The notes under the pieces: generated by a model
The model's database searches: none
What the model saw: only the letters and a program-made list of their open reading frames with translations
What the model was told of the DNA's origin: nothing
Part shown: positions 10,470 to 21,186 of the stretch, one piece after another
How positions within the stretch are numbered: the stretch's first letter is position 1
Layout: every line of letters starts with the position of its first letter
Program-made: the position numbers and the translations under genes
NCBI GenBank assembly: GCA_905612225.1
Contig: CAJQRG010000006.1
Location: 1,483-65,482 of the forward strand
From: Emcibacteraceae bacterium
GTDB taxonomy: Bacteria; Pseudomonadota; Alphaproteobacteria; Sphingomonadales; Emcibacteraceae
DNA length: 64,000 nt
Direction: 5' to 3'

Positions 10470-12988
10470 GGATTGCCATCAAATTTGCGCTAAGAGAAAT
10501 TAGGTTTGCTTTTAAACAATTTCGAATTTTTATTGCTTGCTTGTTTCTTGGAACAACGATTATAGCTTCCGTCGGATCGGTTACTGCTAATATAGCATCA
10601 AGTTTAGCAAGAGATGCTCGTATGTTTTTGGGCGGCGATATTGAAATAGAAACAAACCAAAGGTTGTTGAATGAAGCCGAATTGGAATATGTAGTTTCCC
10701 GTGCTGAGAAGGTATCTTTGGTAAGTGAACTACGTGCTATGGCACATACTGTGGGTTATACTGAAAGTATTTTGATTGAGGTAAAGGCCGTTGATGATTT
10801 ATATCCACTCTTTGGTGCTTTAGAAACTTCAAGCGGATTAAGTACAAAAAAACTTCTTGAACTTAAAAATGGTCGTTGGGGGGTAGTGCCAGCAGATGCG
10901 ATTGCTAAACGTTTAGGAGTGGCGATTGGAGACACTATTAATATTGGAAGTGTTTCCTATGAAATTCGTGGCATTACGGTAAAGGAACCGGATAGCTCAA
11001 GTGCTGGTTTTCAGCTAGCGCCAACAGTTTTGGTATCCTCAAACAGTATGGTAGAAAATGGTCTCATAACTTTTGGAAGTCTTGTTGAATATAACTATCG
11101 CTTACAATTGCCGCAAGAATCCGAAAGCTTAAAGTTTAAAAAAGAATTAGAAAACGTGTTTCCAGATAGTGAATGGCGGGTGCGTGACAAAAGTAGTGGA
11201 GGCGGTCAAACTCAACGTTTTATCGATCGTATGGGCCAATTTATGACCCTGGTGGGCCTAACGGCGCTTCTAGTAGGTGGTGTAGGTGTGAGTAACGCAG
11301 TACATGGATATTTGAGCACAAAAACCAACTCAATAGCCACCTTTAAAATTCTTGGGGCGCAATCTGACACTATATTTAAAATTTACCTGATACAAATTTT
11401 GATTATGGCAGCTATATCTATTCTCCTTGGTATTATTGTTGGTGGAAGCTTGCCATTTGTCTTTGCAGATTTTCTTGAAAGTAAAATGCCTATTGCAATA
11501 TCGCGGGAATTTTATCCCTTGCCTTTAGTAATTGCTGCATTTTATAGTATTTTAATAAGTTTAATATTTACGCTTTGGCCACTTGCAAAAGCTAAAAATA
11601 TTTCAGCACGTCAGTTATTCAGGATGGTTATATCGGATGATGATGGTGACGAAAAGATACCTCAATTTTATCTTATTCTAATTTTTGGAATGATTGTATT
11701 GATGTTAAGTGTAGTTTTTTATATGTCTGAATACCGTGAATTAACGGCCTACTTCATTGGAGGGATTTTGGCATCTTTCGCTCTTTTACTCGGAACTGGA
11801 TACCTTGTCCGCACAGGTGTTAATTATTTACCACGCCGTTTTAGCCCAGCACTACGCATAGCACTTTCAAATATTACTAGACCTGGAAACTCAACACTCT
11901 CTATTATTATTTCCCTTGGCCTTGGTCTTATATTACTTACAGCGATTTCACTTGTGAAGTTTGGTTTAGATAGTGAGATTGAACGTAGAGTAGCAACTGA
12001 TGCCCCGAGTTATTTTTTCCTTGATATACAAAAGTCAGACCAAGAAAATTTTAAGAAATTTTCGACAAACCTTGACGGGATTAGTCTTTATAGGACTGTT
12101 CCAAATCTACGGGGTAGAATTACCCACGTAAAAGGTGTGCCTTCTGAAGAAGTTGTCGTTGGCCCGGAAGCAAGTTGGGTACTACGCGGAGACCGCGGCA
12201 TGACTTTTTCTGATAATCTTCCTGAAGATAATACTCTTGTCTTTGGAGATTGGTGGCCTGCGGGTTATGAGGGGAAGGCAGAAGTTTCAGTAAGCAATGA
12301 TGTAGCCAAAGCATTGCAGTTAGTGGCTGGAGATGAGCTTACAATTAATGTTCTTGGTAGGAGTATCAACGTCTCAATTCGTTCCTCTCGCGAAGTGGAC
12401 TGGGGGGGGTTTGGTATTAATTATGCAATGATTTTTGATCCTTACGTTCTTAGCCTTGCTCCTTTTACCTATGTTGGCACTGTCAAGTCTACAAATCAAA
12501 CTGAAGCCGTAAATTATCAAAAAATTACTAGTTCTTTTCCTAATGTAACAACTGTGCGACTTAAAGAAGTGCTTGAAAATGTTAGGGTGCTTCTTTTGCA
12601 GATCAAAGGTGCTATTGACGTTCTGGCATCAATTACAATTGTGTCTGGAATCTTGGTACTTAGTGGTGCTATTGCAGCTGGTCACAAAGGGCGAGTTTAT
12701 GATAGTGCCGTGCTTAAAATCGTTGGGGCGACGAGGCTGGATATTTTAAAAGCTTATGTATTTGAGTTTATTATTCTCGGTGTTGCAACAGGTGTAGTTG
12801 CAATCATTTTAGGTACAATAGCTGCATATGGGATAGTTGTTGGCATAATGGAACTTCAGTGGACATTTTCACTCCAAATCCCCTTATATACAATACTTTC
12901 AGCAATTATTCTTACTATGTCGATTGGTATGTTTAGTATTTACAAGGCTATGTCAGTAAGGCCGGCAGAAGTGCTTCGAGGAGTTTAA
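10466..12988 (+). CDS. ABC transporter permease, duplicated FtsX/MacB type (YbbP-like)
   Basis: 840 aa, two FtsX-like TM blocks, APSYFFLDIQ, LRGDRGMTF; coupled to ATPase. Confidence 0.9.
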   Translation: MRIAIKFALREIRFAFKQFRIFIACLFLGTTIIASVGSVTANIASSLARDARMFLGGDIEIETNQRLLNEAELEYVVSRAEKVSLVSELRAMAHTVGYTESILIEVKAVDDLYPLFGALETSSGLSTKKLLELKNGRWGVVPADAIAKRLGVAIGDTINIGSVSYEIRGITVKEPDSSSAGFQLAPTVLVSSNSMVENGLITFGSLVEYNYRLQLPQESESLKFKKELENVFPDSEWRVRDKSSGGGQTQRFIDRMGQFMTLVGLTALLVGGVGVSNAVHGYLSTKTNSIATFKILGAQSDTIFKIYLIQILIMAAISILLGIIVGGSLPFVFADFLESKMPIAISREFYPLPLVIAAFYSILISLIFTLWPLAKAKNISARQLFRMVISDDDGDEKIPQFYLILIFGMIVLMLSVVFYMSEYRELTAYFIGGILASFALLLGTGYLVRTGVNYLPRRFSPALRIALSNITRPGNSTLSIIISLGLGLILLTAISLVKFGLDSEIERRVATDAPSYFFLDIQKSDQENFKKFSTNLDGISLYRTVPNLRGRITHVKGVPSEEVVVGPEASWVLRGDRGMTFSDNLPEDNTLVFGDWWPAGYEGKAEVSVSNDVAKALQLVAGDELTINVLGRSINVSIRSSREVDWGGFGINYAMIFDPYVLSLAPFTYVGTVKSTNQTEAVNYQKITSSFPNVTTVRLKEVLENVRVLLLQIKGAIDVLASITIVSGILVLSGAIAAGHKGRVYDSAVLKIVGATRLDILKAYVFEFIILGVATGVVAIILGTIAAYGIVVGIMELQWTFSLQIPLYTILSAIILTMSIGMFSIYKAMSVRPAEVLRGV

Positions 12989-13470
12989 ACCACTTTTTTA
13001 AGTAAGTTGAGGGCGGCGATAATACTAGCCTCCCTAACTTCAGCCCGCCCTATGTTTCCGAATTGATGTTTTTCATGAAGCGGATCATTCCCTAATTTTT
13101 GTGCGGCCATGTGAACTAACCCGATGGACTCTTTTTCTCCACCATGAGGCCCAGCAATACCTGTTATTGATATAGCAATAGAAGCCTCTGATTCAACAAG
13201 GGCGCCAAAAACCATCTCCTTTGCTGTTTGCTCGCTCACTTCCCCAAAACTGTTGAGTGTTGCGGGGCTTACATTGAGAGACTTTTGTTTGGCTATGCTG
13301 GTGTATGTAATAAATCCGAATTCTACGACGTCTGATGAACCTGGTATTTCTGTAAGCGCGCCTATGATTAAACCGCCTGTAAGGGATTCTGCAGTTGCAA
13401 TTTTAAGTTTATTTTTTCTACACAGATCTAAAGTTTCTGTGGCTAAGTCTTTTATGTATTTAGAGAACAT
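12985..13470 (-). CDS. pncC: CinA C-terminal / NMN deamidase
   Basis: ATAESLTGGLI, PGSS, SITGIAGP. Confidence 0.88.
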   Translation of the reverse strand: MFSKYIKDLATETLDLCRKNKLKIATAESLTGGLIIGALTEIPGSSDVVEFGFITYTSIAKQKSLNVSPATLNSFGEVSEQTAKEMVFGALVESEASIAISITGIAGPHGGEKESIGLVHMAAQKLGNDPLHEKHQFGNIGRAEVREASIIAALNLLKKVV

Positions 13471-13945
13471 AATAATTTATAGCAAAAAAAACTGCCATTC
13501 CCATAAAGCCTGCAATCACATCATCCATCATTACTCCTAAAGCATCATGGCGTTTATCAAAGATACTTATAGGCCAAGGTTTCATAATGTCAAAAACACG
13601 AAATGCGAGAAGAGCAATTACATATTGACCAAGATGATTATTATCAATAATTACGAGACAAACCAACCACTGCCCAACTACTTCGTCGATCACAATTTCG
13701 CCGGGGTCTACTTTTCCTGTTTCCTTCATGTAGGATTTTGATGCCCAGAGCCCTATAATAAAAACGATTAGAGTTGCGTTTAAAAGACCAACTTTTCCAG
13801 CGTATTCAATAATTAACCAAGCAAAGGGTAATGCTGCAATACTACCAAAGGTACCTGGTGCTATTGGAGCTAATCCAGTATAAAACCAGGTTGAAAGTAT
13901 AAATGAAGGGTGAAACAGTGATTTATTCCATTTTGTCTTTTTCAT
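13460..13945 (-). CDS. pgpA: Phosphatidylglycerophosphatase A
   Basis: APGTFGS, DPGEIVIDEVVG, FRVFDIMKPWPI, GVMMDDVIAG. Confidence 0.95.
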   Translation of the reverse strand: MKKTKWNKSLFHPSFILSTWFYTGLAPIAPGTFGSIAALPFAWLIIEYAGKVGLLNATLIVFIIGLWASKSYMKETGKVDPGEIVIDEVVGQWLVCLVIIDNNHLGQYVIALLAFRVFDIMKPWPISIFDKRHDALGVMMDDVIAGFMGMAVFFAINYYVL

Positions 13946-13947
13946 TC

Positions 13948-15105
13948 TTATTCCGGTAGTTTAATTGTTGTAATTGCATGAGCCATTATTCCTTGGCCTT
14001 TGCCGGTGAACCCAAGTTTTTCTGTTGTGGTCGCTTTCACACTAACCCTCTCAACATCAAGATTAATTATCTTGGATATATTAGAACGCATTGAATCACG
14101 GTGAGGTCCAATCTTTGGATTTTCACATACAATAGTGACATCGACAAAATTAATAATTCCTTTTTTTTCAGCTACAAGCTTAACGGCATGTTTCAAAAAA
14201 ATATCTGAGTTAACATTTTTCCATTTTGGATCACTTGGTGGAAAATGGTCGCCAATATCACCTGCTGCTATTGCACCAAGCACAGCATCGGTGATTGCGT
14301 GGATTACAACATCAGCGTCAGAGTGGCCTTTAAGGGCCCTAGTGTGGGGAATTTTGATCCCGCCAAGTATGACGTGATCGCCTTTATCAAAGGCATGGAC
14401 ATCTAAGCCATATCCAATTCGAACATCTGTGTAATCTTTTTTAGTCATTTTAGTTGCTTTATTTAAATCATCCTTTGTAGTTATTTTGAAATTATTTTCC
14501 AGACCCTCAATTATGCGGACTTTTAGACCAGCTTTCTCTGCAATGGCACTATCATCCGTAAAATTACTATTTTCAAATCGACGGTGGGCCATAAATATAG
14601 CTTTATAGCGAAAGGCCTGCGGTGTTTGTGCGCGGTAAAGGTAGTCGCGGTCAAGGGTGCTATCTATAGTTTCTTTGTTTATACACTTAATAGTATCTTT
14701 AATACGAAGGGCAGGGATTGCCGCTCCGGACTTCTCAACTTCGTAGATTAATGAATTAAGAGTTTTTTGGTCAAGGAAGGGTCTTGCCGCATCATGAATA
14801 TAAACATACTCAGGGAAATGAATACCGATAGCCTCAAGGCCATTCAACACAGAATTTTGACGTGTTTTTCCACCATGTACAGGCTCGGGAAGTCCTAAAT
14901 CACCAACTGCAGCTTCATATAAATCTCTATCATCAGGATGAATAATTACTTGAATAAGATCAATAGTAGGATTTTCAAGAAAAACATTAACTGCGCGTCG
15001 TAAGATGGTAATGCCGCCGACATCAAGGTATTGTTTTGGTGTTTTCTTACTCAACCGATGGCCGCGACCTGCTGCCAATATGAGGGCTATATTTTTTATA
15101 ATCAT
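13948..15105 (-). CDS. ispDF: Bifunctional IspD/IspF
   Basis: LAAGRGHR, IHDAARPF, AQTPQAF followed by RIGYGLDVH, HSDADV, SVKATTTEKLGFTG. Confidence 0.96.
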   Translation of the reverse strand: MIIKNIALILAAGRGHRLSKKTPKQYLDVGGITILRRAVNVFLENPTIDLIQVIIHPDDRDLYEAAVGDLGLPEPVHGGKTRQNSVLNGLEAIGIHFPEYVYIHDAARPFLDQKTLNSLIYEVEKSGAAIPALRIKDTIKCINKETIDSTLDRDYLYRAQTPQAFRYKAIFMAHRRFENSNFTDDSAIAEKAGLKVRIIEGLENNFKITTKDDLNKATKMTKKDYTDVRIGYGLDVHAFDKGDHVILGGIKIPHTRALKGHSDADVVIHAITDAVLGAIAAGDIGDHFPPSDPKWKNVNSDIFLKHAVKLVAEKKGIINFVDVTIVCENPKIGPHRDSMRSNISKIINLDVERVSVKATTTEKLGFTGKGQGIMAHAITTIKLPE

Positions 15106-15164
15106 AAATTGATGCTATCATTCTTAATAAGAATTGTCCTCTAAAATTTCGTGATTTAACAACT

Positions 15165-15193
15165 TTGACTTTTGGAGTTATTTTGATTATGTT
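15165..15193 (+). promoter_or_regulatory. Candidate sigma70 promoter of dusB-ntrBC
   Basis: TTGACT-N17-TATGTT about 55 nt upstream of the dusB ATG. Confidence 0.55.
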
Positions 15194-15204
15194 GTCAACT
15201 TAAT

Positions 15205-15249
15205 TGCTTAATTTTTAGACATTTCAAAAAGCTGCTTATTTTTTAATCA
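15205..15249. promoter_or_regulatory. Two candidate NtrC-type boxes
   Basis: TGCTTAATTTTTAGACA (15205-15221) and TGCTTATTTTTTAATCA (15233-15249) resemble TGC-N11-GCA; both lie downstream of the candidate promoter. Confidence 0.4.
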
Positions 15250-16250
15250 TGAATAATATTTTAAAACCGATAAATATTGGGCCGATTGTAATTGATGACC
15301 CTGTGCTTCTTTCCCCAATGGCAGGTGTTACTGATTTACCATTTCGTAGACTAGTAAAGCGCTTTGGTGCCGGTCTTGTTACGTCTGAAATGATTGCTAG
15401 TCAGGCCATGATCCGTGATCATAAACGTACTCATAAAATGGCTACAGCCGAATCTGATGAATATTTAATGTCTGTGCAGCTTGCTGGCTACGATCCAATG
15501 ATGATGGCTCAGGCTGCGCGCATGAATGAAGACAAGGGTGCTCAAATCATCGATATTAATATGGGATGTCCCGCTAAAAAAATAGTTAATGGTTATGCAG
15601 GATCAGCCCTTATGCAGGATCTAGATATTGCTGCCAGCATTATAAAGGCAACTGTCGATTCGGTTAATATTCCGGTGACCTTAAAAATGCGAACTGGATG
15701 GGACATTACAAACCGTAATGCACCGCAGCTTGCAAAAATTGCGGAAAGTCTTGGGATTAAAATGGTAGTTGTTCATGGTCGTACCCGCAATCAAATGTAT
15801 AAAGGTTTGTCTGATTGGAGCTTCATTAGAGAGGTCAAGGATGCTGTTTCAATCCCAGTTATAGCCAATGGCGATATTGTAACATTTGAAAATGCCCTTG
15901 AGGCACTTAATCAGTCCGGTGCCGACGGGATCATGATTGGTCGAGGATCCTATGGGAAGCCTTGGTTTTTATCTCAGGTGATTCACTATCTAAAAACTGG
16001 AGAAAAATTGCCTGATCCTGATCTTCCGATAATTAAAAGTATTATGACTGAACATTATTTGTCTATGCTAGATTACTACGGTGAAGATGCAGGAAAAAAA
16101 ATTGCTAGGAAACATATTAGTTGGTATACAAAAGGTCTTCACGATAGCGCTGCATTTCGCCAAAAGGTCAATAAATTGACAGATACTAAAGAAGTACTGG
16201 AAATGATTGAAGAGTTTTTTGAACCCCTTTTAGTTTCTTGCGTGGCATAA
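15249..16250 (+). CDS. dusB: tRNA-dihydrouridine synthase B (NifR3)
   Basis: [32 protein letters not shown]. Confidence 0.96.
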   Translation: MNNILKPINIGPIVIDDPVLLSPMAGVTDLPFRRLVKRFGAGLVTSEMIASQAMIRDHKRTHKMATAESDEYLMSVQLAGYDPMMMAQAARMNEDKGAQIIDINMGCPAKKIVNGYAGSALMQDLDIAASIIKATVDSVNIPVTLKMRTGWDITNRNAPQLAKIAESLGIKMVVVHGRTRNQMYKGLSDWSFIREVKDAVSIPVIANGDIVTFENALEALNQSGADGIMIGRGSYGKPWFLSQVIHYLKTGEKLPDPDLPIIKSIMTEHYLSMLDYYGEDAGKKIARKHISWYTKGLHDSAAFRQKVNKLTDTKEVLEMIEEFFEPLLVSCVA

Positions 16251-16253
16251 TTA

Positions 16254-17390
16254 ATGAGTGTAAATAATGAAAATCTTGATCTTAAAACAACTCCATACGA
16301 TCCCGCGGATGTTATTTTAAATCACATTTCTGATGCAGTTCTTACACTTGATAAAAATAATAATATTACATATGCAAACGTGCCTGCGGAACATTTCCTT
16401 GGAAGCAGTTTACAAATTTTGAAACGAAAAAAAATTGAAGATATTGTTCCTTTTGATAGTCCATTGCTTGGTCTTATTTCTCAAACTCGTAAAATAAATT
16501 CTGTAATTACAGAATATGATGTTAATATAGGTAATCCGAAAATTGGTGAGTTTAGAGTAGATATTTATGTTTCACCAATCATCGACGGGTCAAATTTATC
16601 CCAATCTAGAAATATACTTGTTCAATTGCAAAAAAGAACTATCGCACAAAAAATTAATCAACGGCAGACACATAGAAGTGCAACTCGTTCGGTGTCAGGT
16701 ATGGCTGCTATGTTGGCACACGAAATTAAAAATCCACTCTCAAGCATTAAAGGCTCGGCACAAATATTATCAGAGGATGTAAGCGATGAGGACAGATCAC
16801 TTACAGACCTTATTTGTGAAGAAGTAGATCGGATTTGTTCATTGGTTGATCGGATGGAGGTGTTTTCTGATCATCGCCAAATTGAAAAAAATGAAATTAA
16901 TATTCATAGTGTTCTTGAGCATGTAAAAAAACTTGCGGAAAACGGATTTGGAAAACATGTTAAATTTATTGAACTTTATGATCCCTCTTTGCCTAATACT
17001 ATTGGGGATAGGGGCGGTCTTATTCAAACTTTTCTTAATTTGATTAAAAATGCATGTGAGGCTGTCCCAACCAAGGATGGTCAGGTAAGTATCACCACTG
17101 CATTCCGTCAGGGAGTTCGTGTTGCTTCCACCTATGGAGAGAAACCTATACAATTACCACTTGAAATCTGCATCATTGATAATGGTAATGGTATAGTAAA
17201 AGAAATTAAAGAAAATATTTTTGATCCCTTTGTCACTACAAAGTCCAACGGTAAGGGGCTTGGTCTCGCGTTGGTGGCTAAAACCTTAAGTGAACATGGT
17301 GGTATTATAGAATGTGAAAGCGGGCTGGGAAATACAACCTTTCGTGTTTTACTGCCAGCAACAGCTAAACAGAATCGGTTGATGGCATGA
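16254..17390 (+). CDS. ntrB: Nitrogen regulation sensor kinase NtrB
   Basis: PAS-like N-terminus, [25 protein letters not shown]; dusB-ntrBC context. Confidence 0.94.
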   Translation: MSVNNENLDLKTTPYDPADVILNHISDAVLTLDKNNNITYANVPAEHFLGSSLQILKRKKIEDIVPFDSPLLGLISQTRKINSVITEYDVNIGNPKIGEFRVDIYVSPIIDGSNLSQSRNILVQLQKRTIAQKINQRQTHRSATRSVSGMAAMLAHEIKNPLSSIKGSAQILSEDVSDEDRSLTDLICEEVDRICSLVDRMEVFSDHRQIEKNEINIHSVLEHVKKLAENGFGKHVKFIELYDPSLPNTIGDRGGLIQTFLNLIKNACEAVPTKDGQVSITTAFRQGVRVASTYGEKPIQLPLEICIIDNGNGIVKEIKENIFDPFVTTKSNGKGLGLALVAKTLSEHGGIIECESGLGNTTFRVLLPATAKQNRLMA

Positions 17391-18850
17391 GAAAAAAAAC
17401 TATTCTTATAGCAGACGATGATAAAGCTATTAGGACCGTTTTATCGCGTGCACTTAGTAGTGATGGATACGATGTTCTTCTCGCCAGTAATGCAGCAACT
17501 CTCTGGCAGTGGGTGTCTAATGGCGAAGGTGACATAGTAATTTCAGATGTGATGATGCCGGATGAAAATGGTCTTGATATGCTGATCCGAATTAAAAAAA
17601 TAAGACCAGATCTTCCTGTTATTATTATGAGTGCACAGAATACATTGATGACAGCCGTTAAGGCGGCTGAGAACGGGGCATATGAATATCTGCCGAAGCC
17701 ATTTGACCTTGAAGAACTTAAAATGGTCATCAAGAAAGGTCTAAGTTCGAAAAAGATGTCTGCAGTTACTCATATATACGATATCAATGAGGAAATGCCT
17801 CTTATTGGACGTTCTCCCGCCATGCAGAATGTCTACCGTGTCATGGCGCGGCTAATGAATAACGACCTTACAGTAATGATTTCTGGAGAAACTGGCACTG
17901 GTAAAGAGTTGGTGGCTAAAGCGCTTCATGATTTTGGAATGCGTCGTAACTCTGCATTTGTTGCTATAAATATGGCGGCTATTCCAAAGGAGTTGATAGA
18001 AAGTGAACTTTTTGGACATGAAAAAGGATCATTTACGGGCGCTATATCAAAAAAAATAGGCCGCTTTGAACAAGCTAGAGGTGGAACTCTTTTTCTCGAT
18101 GAAATTGGTGACATGCCCCTTGAAGCCCAAACGAGACTACTAAGGGTAATGCAACAAGGAGAATATACTGCCGTTGGTGGTACTGAACTAATAAAAGTGG
18201 ATATTCGTATTATTGCAGCTACCCATCGCGACCTAGAGAAACTAATTGTCCAAGGTTTGTTTAGAGAGGATTTATATTATCGACTAAACGTTGTGCCTAT
18301 AATTTTACCACCGCTTCGTGATAGGGCGGATGATATTCCGGATTTGGTCAGACATTTTTTTTCGAGGTACGCAGAGGAACATAAATTATCACCTAAGTTA
18401 ATGGAACAAAAGGCACTTGATTATCTTAAAAATTACAATTGGCCTGGAAATATTAGAGAGCTAGAAAATTTAGTTCAAAGATTAGCTGCACTCTGTATTG
18501 AAGATGTTATCAGTTATGAAAATCTATCGAGTGAAATTACAGATCGACATATTATTAGTGATGAAACCCAAGATCAGAAAGGTATTATTAAATATGCTGA
18601 CGAAACGCTGCAGGAAACCATTCGGCGCCATCTTAAAAAATATTTTGATGCTCATTCCCAAGATGAATTACCTCCAAAGGGTCTTTATACAAGGCTTTTA
18701 AGTGAACTGGAAAAACCTCTTATAGAGCTCTGTCTTTCTGCGACTAAAGGAAACCAAATCAAAGCAGCGGAGCTTTTGGGGTTAAACCGCAACACTCTGA
18801 GGAAAAAAATAAAAGAGCTTAAAATTTCAATAACTAAAGATAATTTTTAA
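17387..18850 (+). CDS. ntrC: Nitrogen regulation response regulator NtrC
   Basis: Receiver domain, [53 protein letters not shown]. Confidence 0.95.
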   Translation: MRKKTILIADDDKAIRTVLSRALSSDGYDVLLASNAATLWQWVSNGEGDIVISDVMMPDENGLDMLIRIKKIRPDLPVIIMSAQNTLMTAVKAAENGAYEYLPKPFDLEELKMVIKKGLSSKKMSAVTHIYDINEEMPLIGRSPAMQNVYRVMARLMNNDLTVMISGETGTGKELVAKALHDFGMRRNSAFVAINMAAIPKELIESELFGHEKGSFTGAISKKIGRFEQARGGTLFLDEIGDMPLEAQTRLLRVMQQGEYTAVGGTELIKVDIRIIAATHRDLEKLIVQGLFREDLYYRLNVVPIILPPLRDRADDIPDLVRHFFSRYAEEHKLSPKLMEQKALDYLKNYNWPGNIRELENLVQRLAALCIEDVISYENLSSEITDRHIISDETQDQKGIIKYADETLQETIRRHLKKYFDAHSQDELPPKGLYTRLLSELEKPLIELCLSATKGNQIKAAELLGLNRNTLRKKIKELKISITKDNF

Positions 18851-18886
18851 TTGTTTTATTTGGCATATACTAAAATCGTGTTAATA

Positions 18887-18904
18887 TGTTGCAATAATAC
18901 AACA
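18887..18904. promoter_or_regulatory. Palindromic candidate operator upstream of ntrY
   Basis: TGTTG-CAATAATA-CAACA dyad in the ntrC-ntrY gap. Confidence 0.35.
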
Positions 18905-18906
18905 AA

Positions 18907-21186
18907 ATGGTATCCTCGGGTGTCATGAACGAACATTTATTAAGAAAAAAAAATCGCTTTTGGGATAGTGCTAGGCTCTGGGCTATAAAGGTTAATCTAG
19001 AAAATAAAGCAGCATATGCTCTTTTTCTAGCTCTTTTGGGATCCGGAGCAACTGCTTTTGTTCTTTTTACAAATGCAGAGCCTCTCTCTACGGTTCGTAA
19101 TAATTTATATATATTTGTTCTGCTTATTACCATTTTGCTGCTACTTCTCGTGACCCTTGTGGTTAGACAGGTTATTCAACTGTGGGCTACCGGACAAAAG
19201 GGTGGTGCTGCAACGCGGCTTCATAAAAGAATAGTAACCCTATTTAGCTTTGTGGCGGTTACTCCAACAATTATTGTAGCAATTTTTTCAGTTATGTTCT
19301 TTGAATTTGGTCTACAAGCATGGTTTAGCGATAAAGTGCAGACTGTCCTTGATAGTGCGGAAAGTGTAGCGGAAACATATATTGAGGAACACGCTCGCAT
19401 TATTAATGCTGATGTACTTGGTATGGCCAATGAACTTAATCGTCAAGCTTATGTATTCACGGCACAGAGAGAACTGCTTGATCAGGCTTTGAATATTCAG
19501 GCTAGAGCACTTAAACTCTCTGATGCAATTATATTAAACCGTGAAGGCCTTATTACCTCAAGAGCAACTGCTACTTTTAGTGCATTTGATGGTCGCTTAA
19601 GCAAGAATATCATCGATGCTGCGGCCGAGGGTGGTGTTAAGTTTTTCCCAGCCCGTGAAAATGATGGTCAGATCCGTGTTATTTTGAGGCTAGACGGTTT
19701 CATTGATCAATATCTTTATATTAGCCGTCTCATTGATGCTCAGGCAGTTGCATTGGTTAGACGTACAGAGAATGCAAAAAATGATTTTGAAAAATCACAA
19801 TCAGAACTTTCTGAATACAGGCTTCTTTTTAATATGTCATTTTTAGTTATTGCATTAATTGTTCTATTTCTTGCCGCTTGGCTTGGGTTTGGTCTCGCAA
19901 ATAAATTAATGAAGCCAATTAATATTCTTGTTGGTGCCACGGATAGGGTTGGTAAGGGTGATTTCTCCGATCGTGTGCAAATTAAGGAAGGTTATGATGA
20001 TCTAGGCGGATTAACAAAATCTTTTAATACCATGATGCGCCAATTGCAGAAGCAACAGAAAGACCTACTTTCGGTCAATGTAAAGCTCGATGAAAGAAGA
20101 CGTTTTACAGAAACTGTACTTTCGGGGGTTTCTCCTGGAATAATGGGATTGGATCCTAAGGGCATAATTACACTACCAAATAGATCAGCATCGACAATGC
20201 TGAATATAAGTGAAGAAAAACTTAAGGGCCGCAATATAAGTGAGGTTATGCCTGAGGCGTTAGAGCTATTTGAAAAAGCACAAATAGCAAAAAACCAAAG
20301 TATGGAAGCTCAAATTGTTTTGACCCGTGGGGAGAAAAATTTAAATTTATTAGTTCGTATTACCACTGAGCTTAAGGACATGCACGCCGAAGGATTTGTT
20401 ATCAGTTTTGACGATATTACTGAACAGGTTGCAGCAGAACGAACCGCTGCATGGGCAGATGTTGCGCGACGAATTGCTCATGAAATTAAAAATCCGTTAA
20501 CACCTATTCAGCTTTCAGCAGAGCGACTTAAGAGAAAATACCTTAAAGAAATTACCAGTGAGCCAGAAGTGTTTGTTCAATGTACTGATACTATTGTGAG
20601 GCAGGTAAGCGATCTAAGACAAATGGTTGATGAGTTTTCTTCATTTGCAAGAATGCCAGGTCCGATTATTCAACGTGAAAATTTAATCGAACTTGTCAAG
20701 CGTGCGATATTTATGATGGACCTTGGCAGCCATAATATTAAAATAACTGCAGATTTTCCCTCTAAACCTGTTGAGATTGAATGCGACGGTGGTCAAATTG
20801 GTCAAGCTCTTACGAATGTTATTAAAAATGCTTCGGAATCCCTAATTAATCAAAAAGATGCCCTTATTAACATTAAACTCATAAGTAAGGATGATAATTT
20901 TTTGATTATTGTTTCTGATAATGGCAAGGGCCTGCCAGAAGATATGATACATACTCTTACGGAACCATATGTTACAACCCGAACCAAGGGAACTGGGCTA
21001 GGCTTAGCAATTGTTAAAAAAATAATGAAGGATCACGGTGGCGATTTAAGTCTTGAAAATAATCCCGATAAGGGTGCAAGTGTTACGCTATTTTTTAAGA
21101 ATGTTGATGCAAAAAATGTAAATAGCGGTCAACAACTAGAAAAGCAAAAAATTAAAACTAAATTGAGGATTGTGAATGGCGCTTGA
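18907..21186 (+). CDS. ntrY: Sensor histidine kinase NtrY
   Basis: TM segments, [34 protein letters not shown]. Confidence 0.95.
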   Translation: MVSSGVMNEHLLRKKNRFWDSARLWAIKVNLENKAAYALFLALLGSGATAFVLFTNAEPLSTVRNNLYIFVLLITILLLLLVTLVVRQVIQLWATGQKGGAATRLHKRIVTLFSFVAVTPTIIVAIFSVMFFEFGLQAWFSDKVQTVLDSAESVAETYIEEHARIINADVLGMANELNRQAYVFTAQRELLDQALNIQARALKLSDAIILNREGLITSRATATFSAFDGRLSKNIIDAAAEGGVKFFPARENDGQIRVILRLDGFIDQYLYISRLIDAQAVALVRRTENAKNDFEKSQSELSEYRLLFNMSFLVIALIVLFLAAWLGFGLANKLMKPINILVGATDRVGKGDFSDRVQIKEGYDDLGGLTKSFNTMMRQLQKQQKDLLSVNVKLDERRRFTETVLSGVSPGIMGLDPKGIITLPNRSASTMLNISEEKLKGRNISEVMPEALELFEKAQIAKNQSMEAQIVLTRGEKNLNLLVRITTELKDMHAEGFVISFDDITEQVAAERTAAWADVARRIAHEIKNPLTPIQLSAERLKRKYLKEITSEPEVFVQCTDTIVRQVSDLRQMVDEFSSFARMPGPIIQRENLIELVKRAIFMMDLGSHNIKITADFPSKPVEIECDGGQIGQALTNVIKNASESLINQKDALINIKLISKDDNFLIIVSDNGKGLPEDMIHTLTEPYVTTRTKGTGLGLAIVKKIMKDHGGDLSLENNPDKGASVTLFFKNVDAKNVNSGQQLEKQKIKTKLRIVNGA

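Noticed and set aside
18860-18880. TGGCAT as a sigma54 promoter for ntrY
   Set aside because: No TGC at the required -12 position
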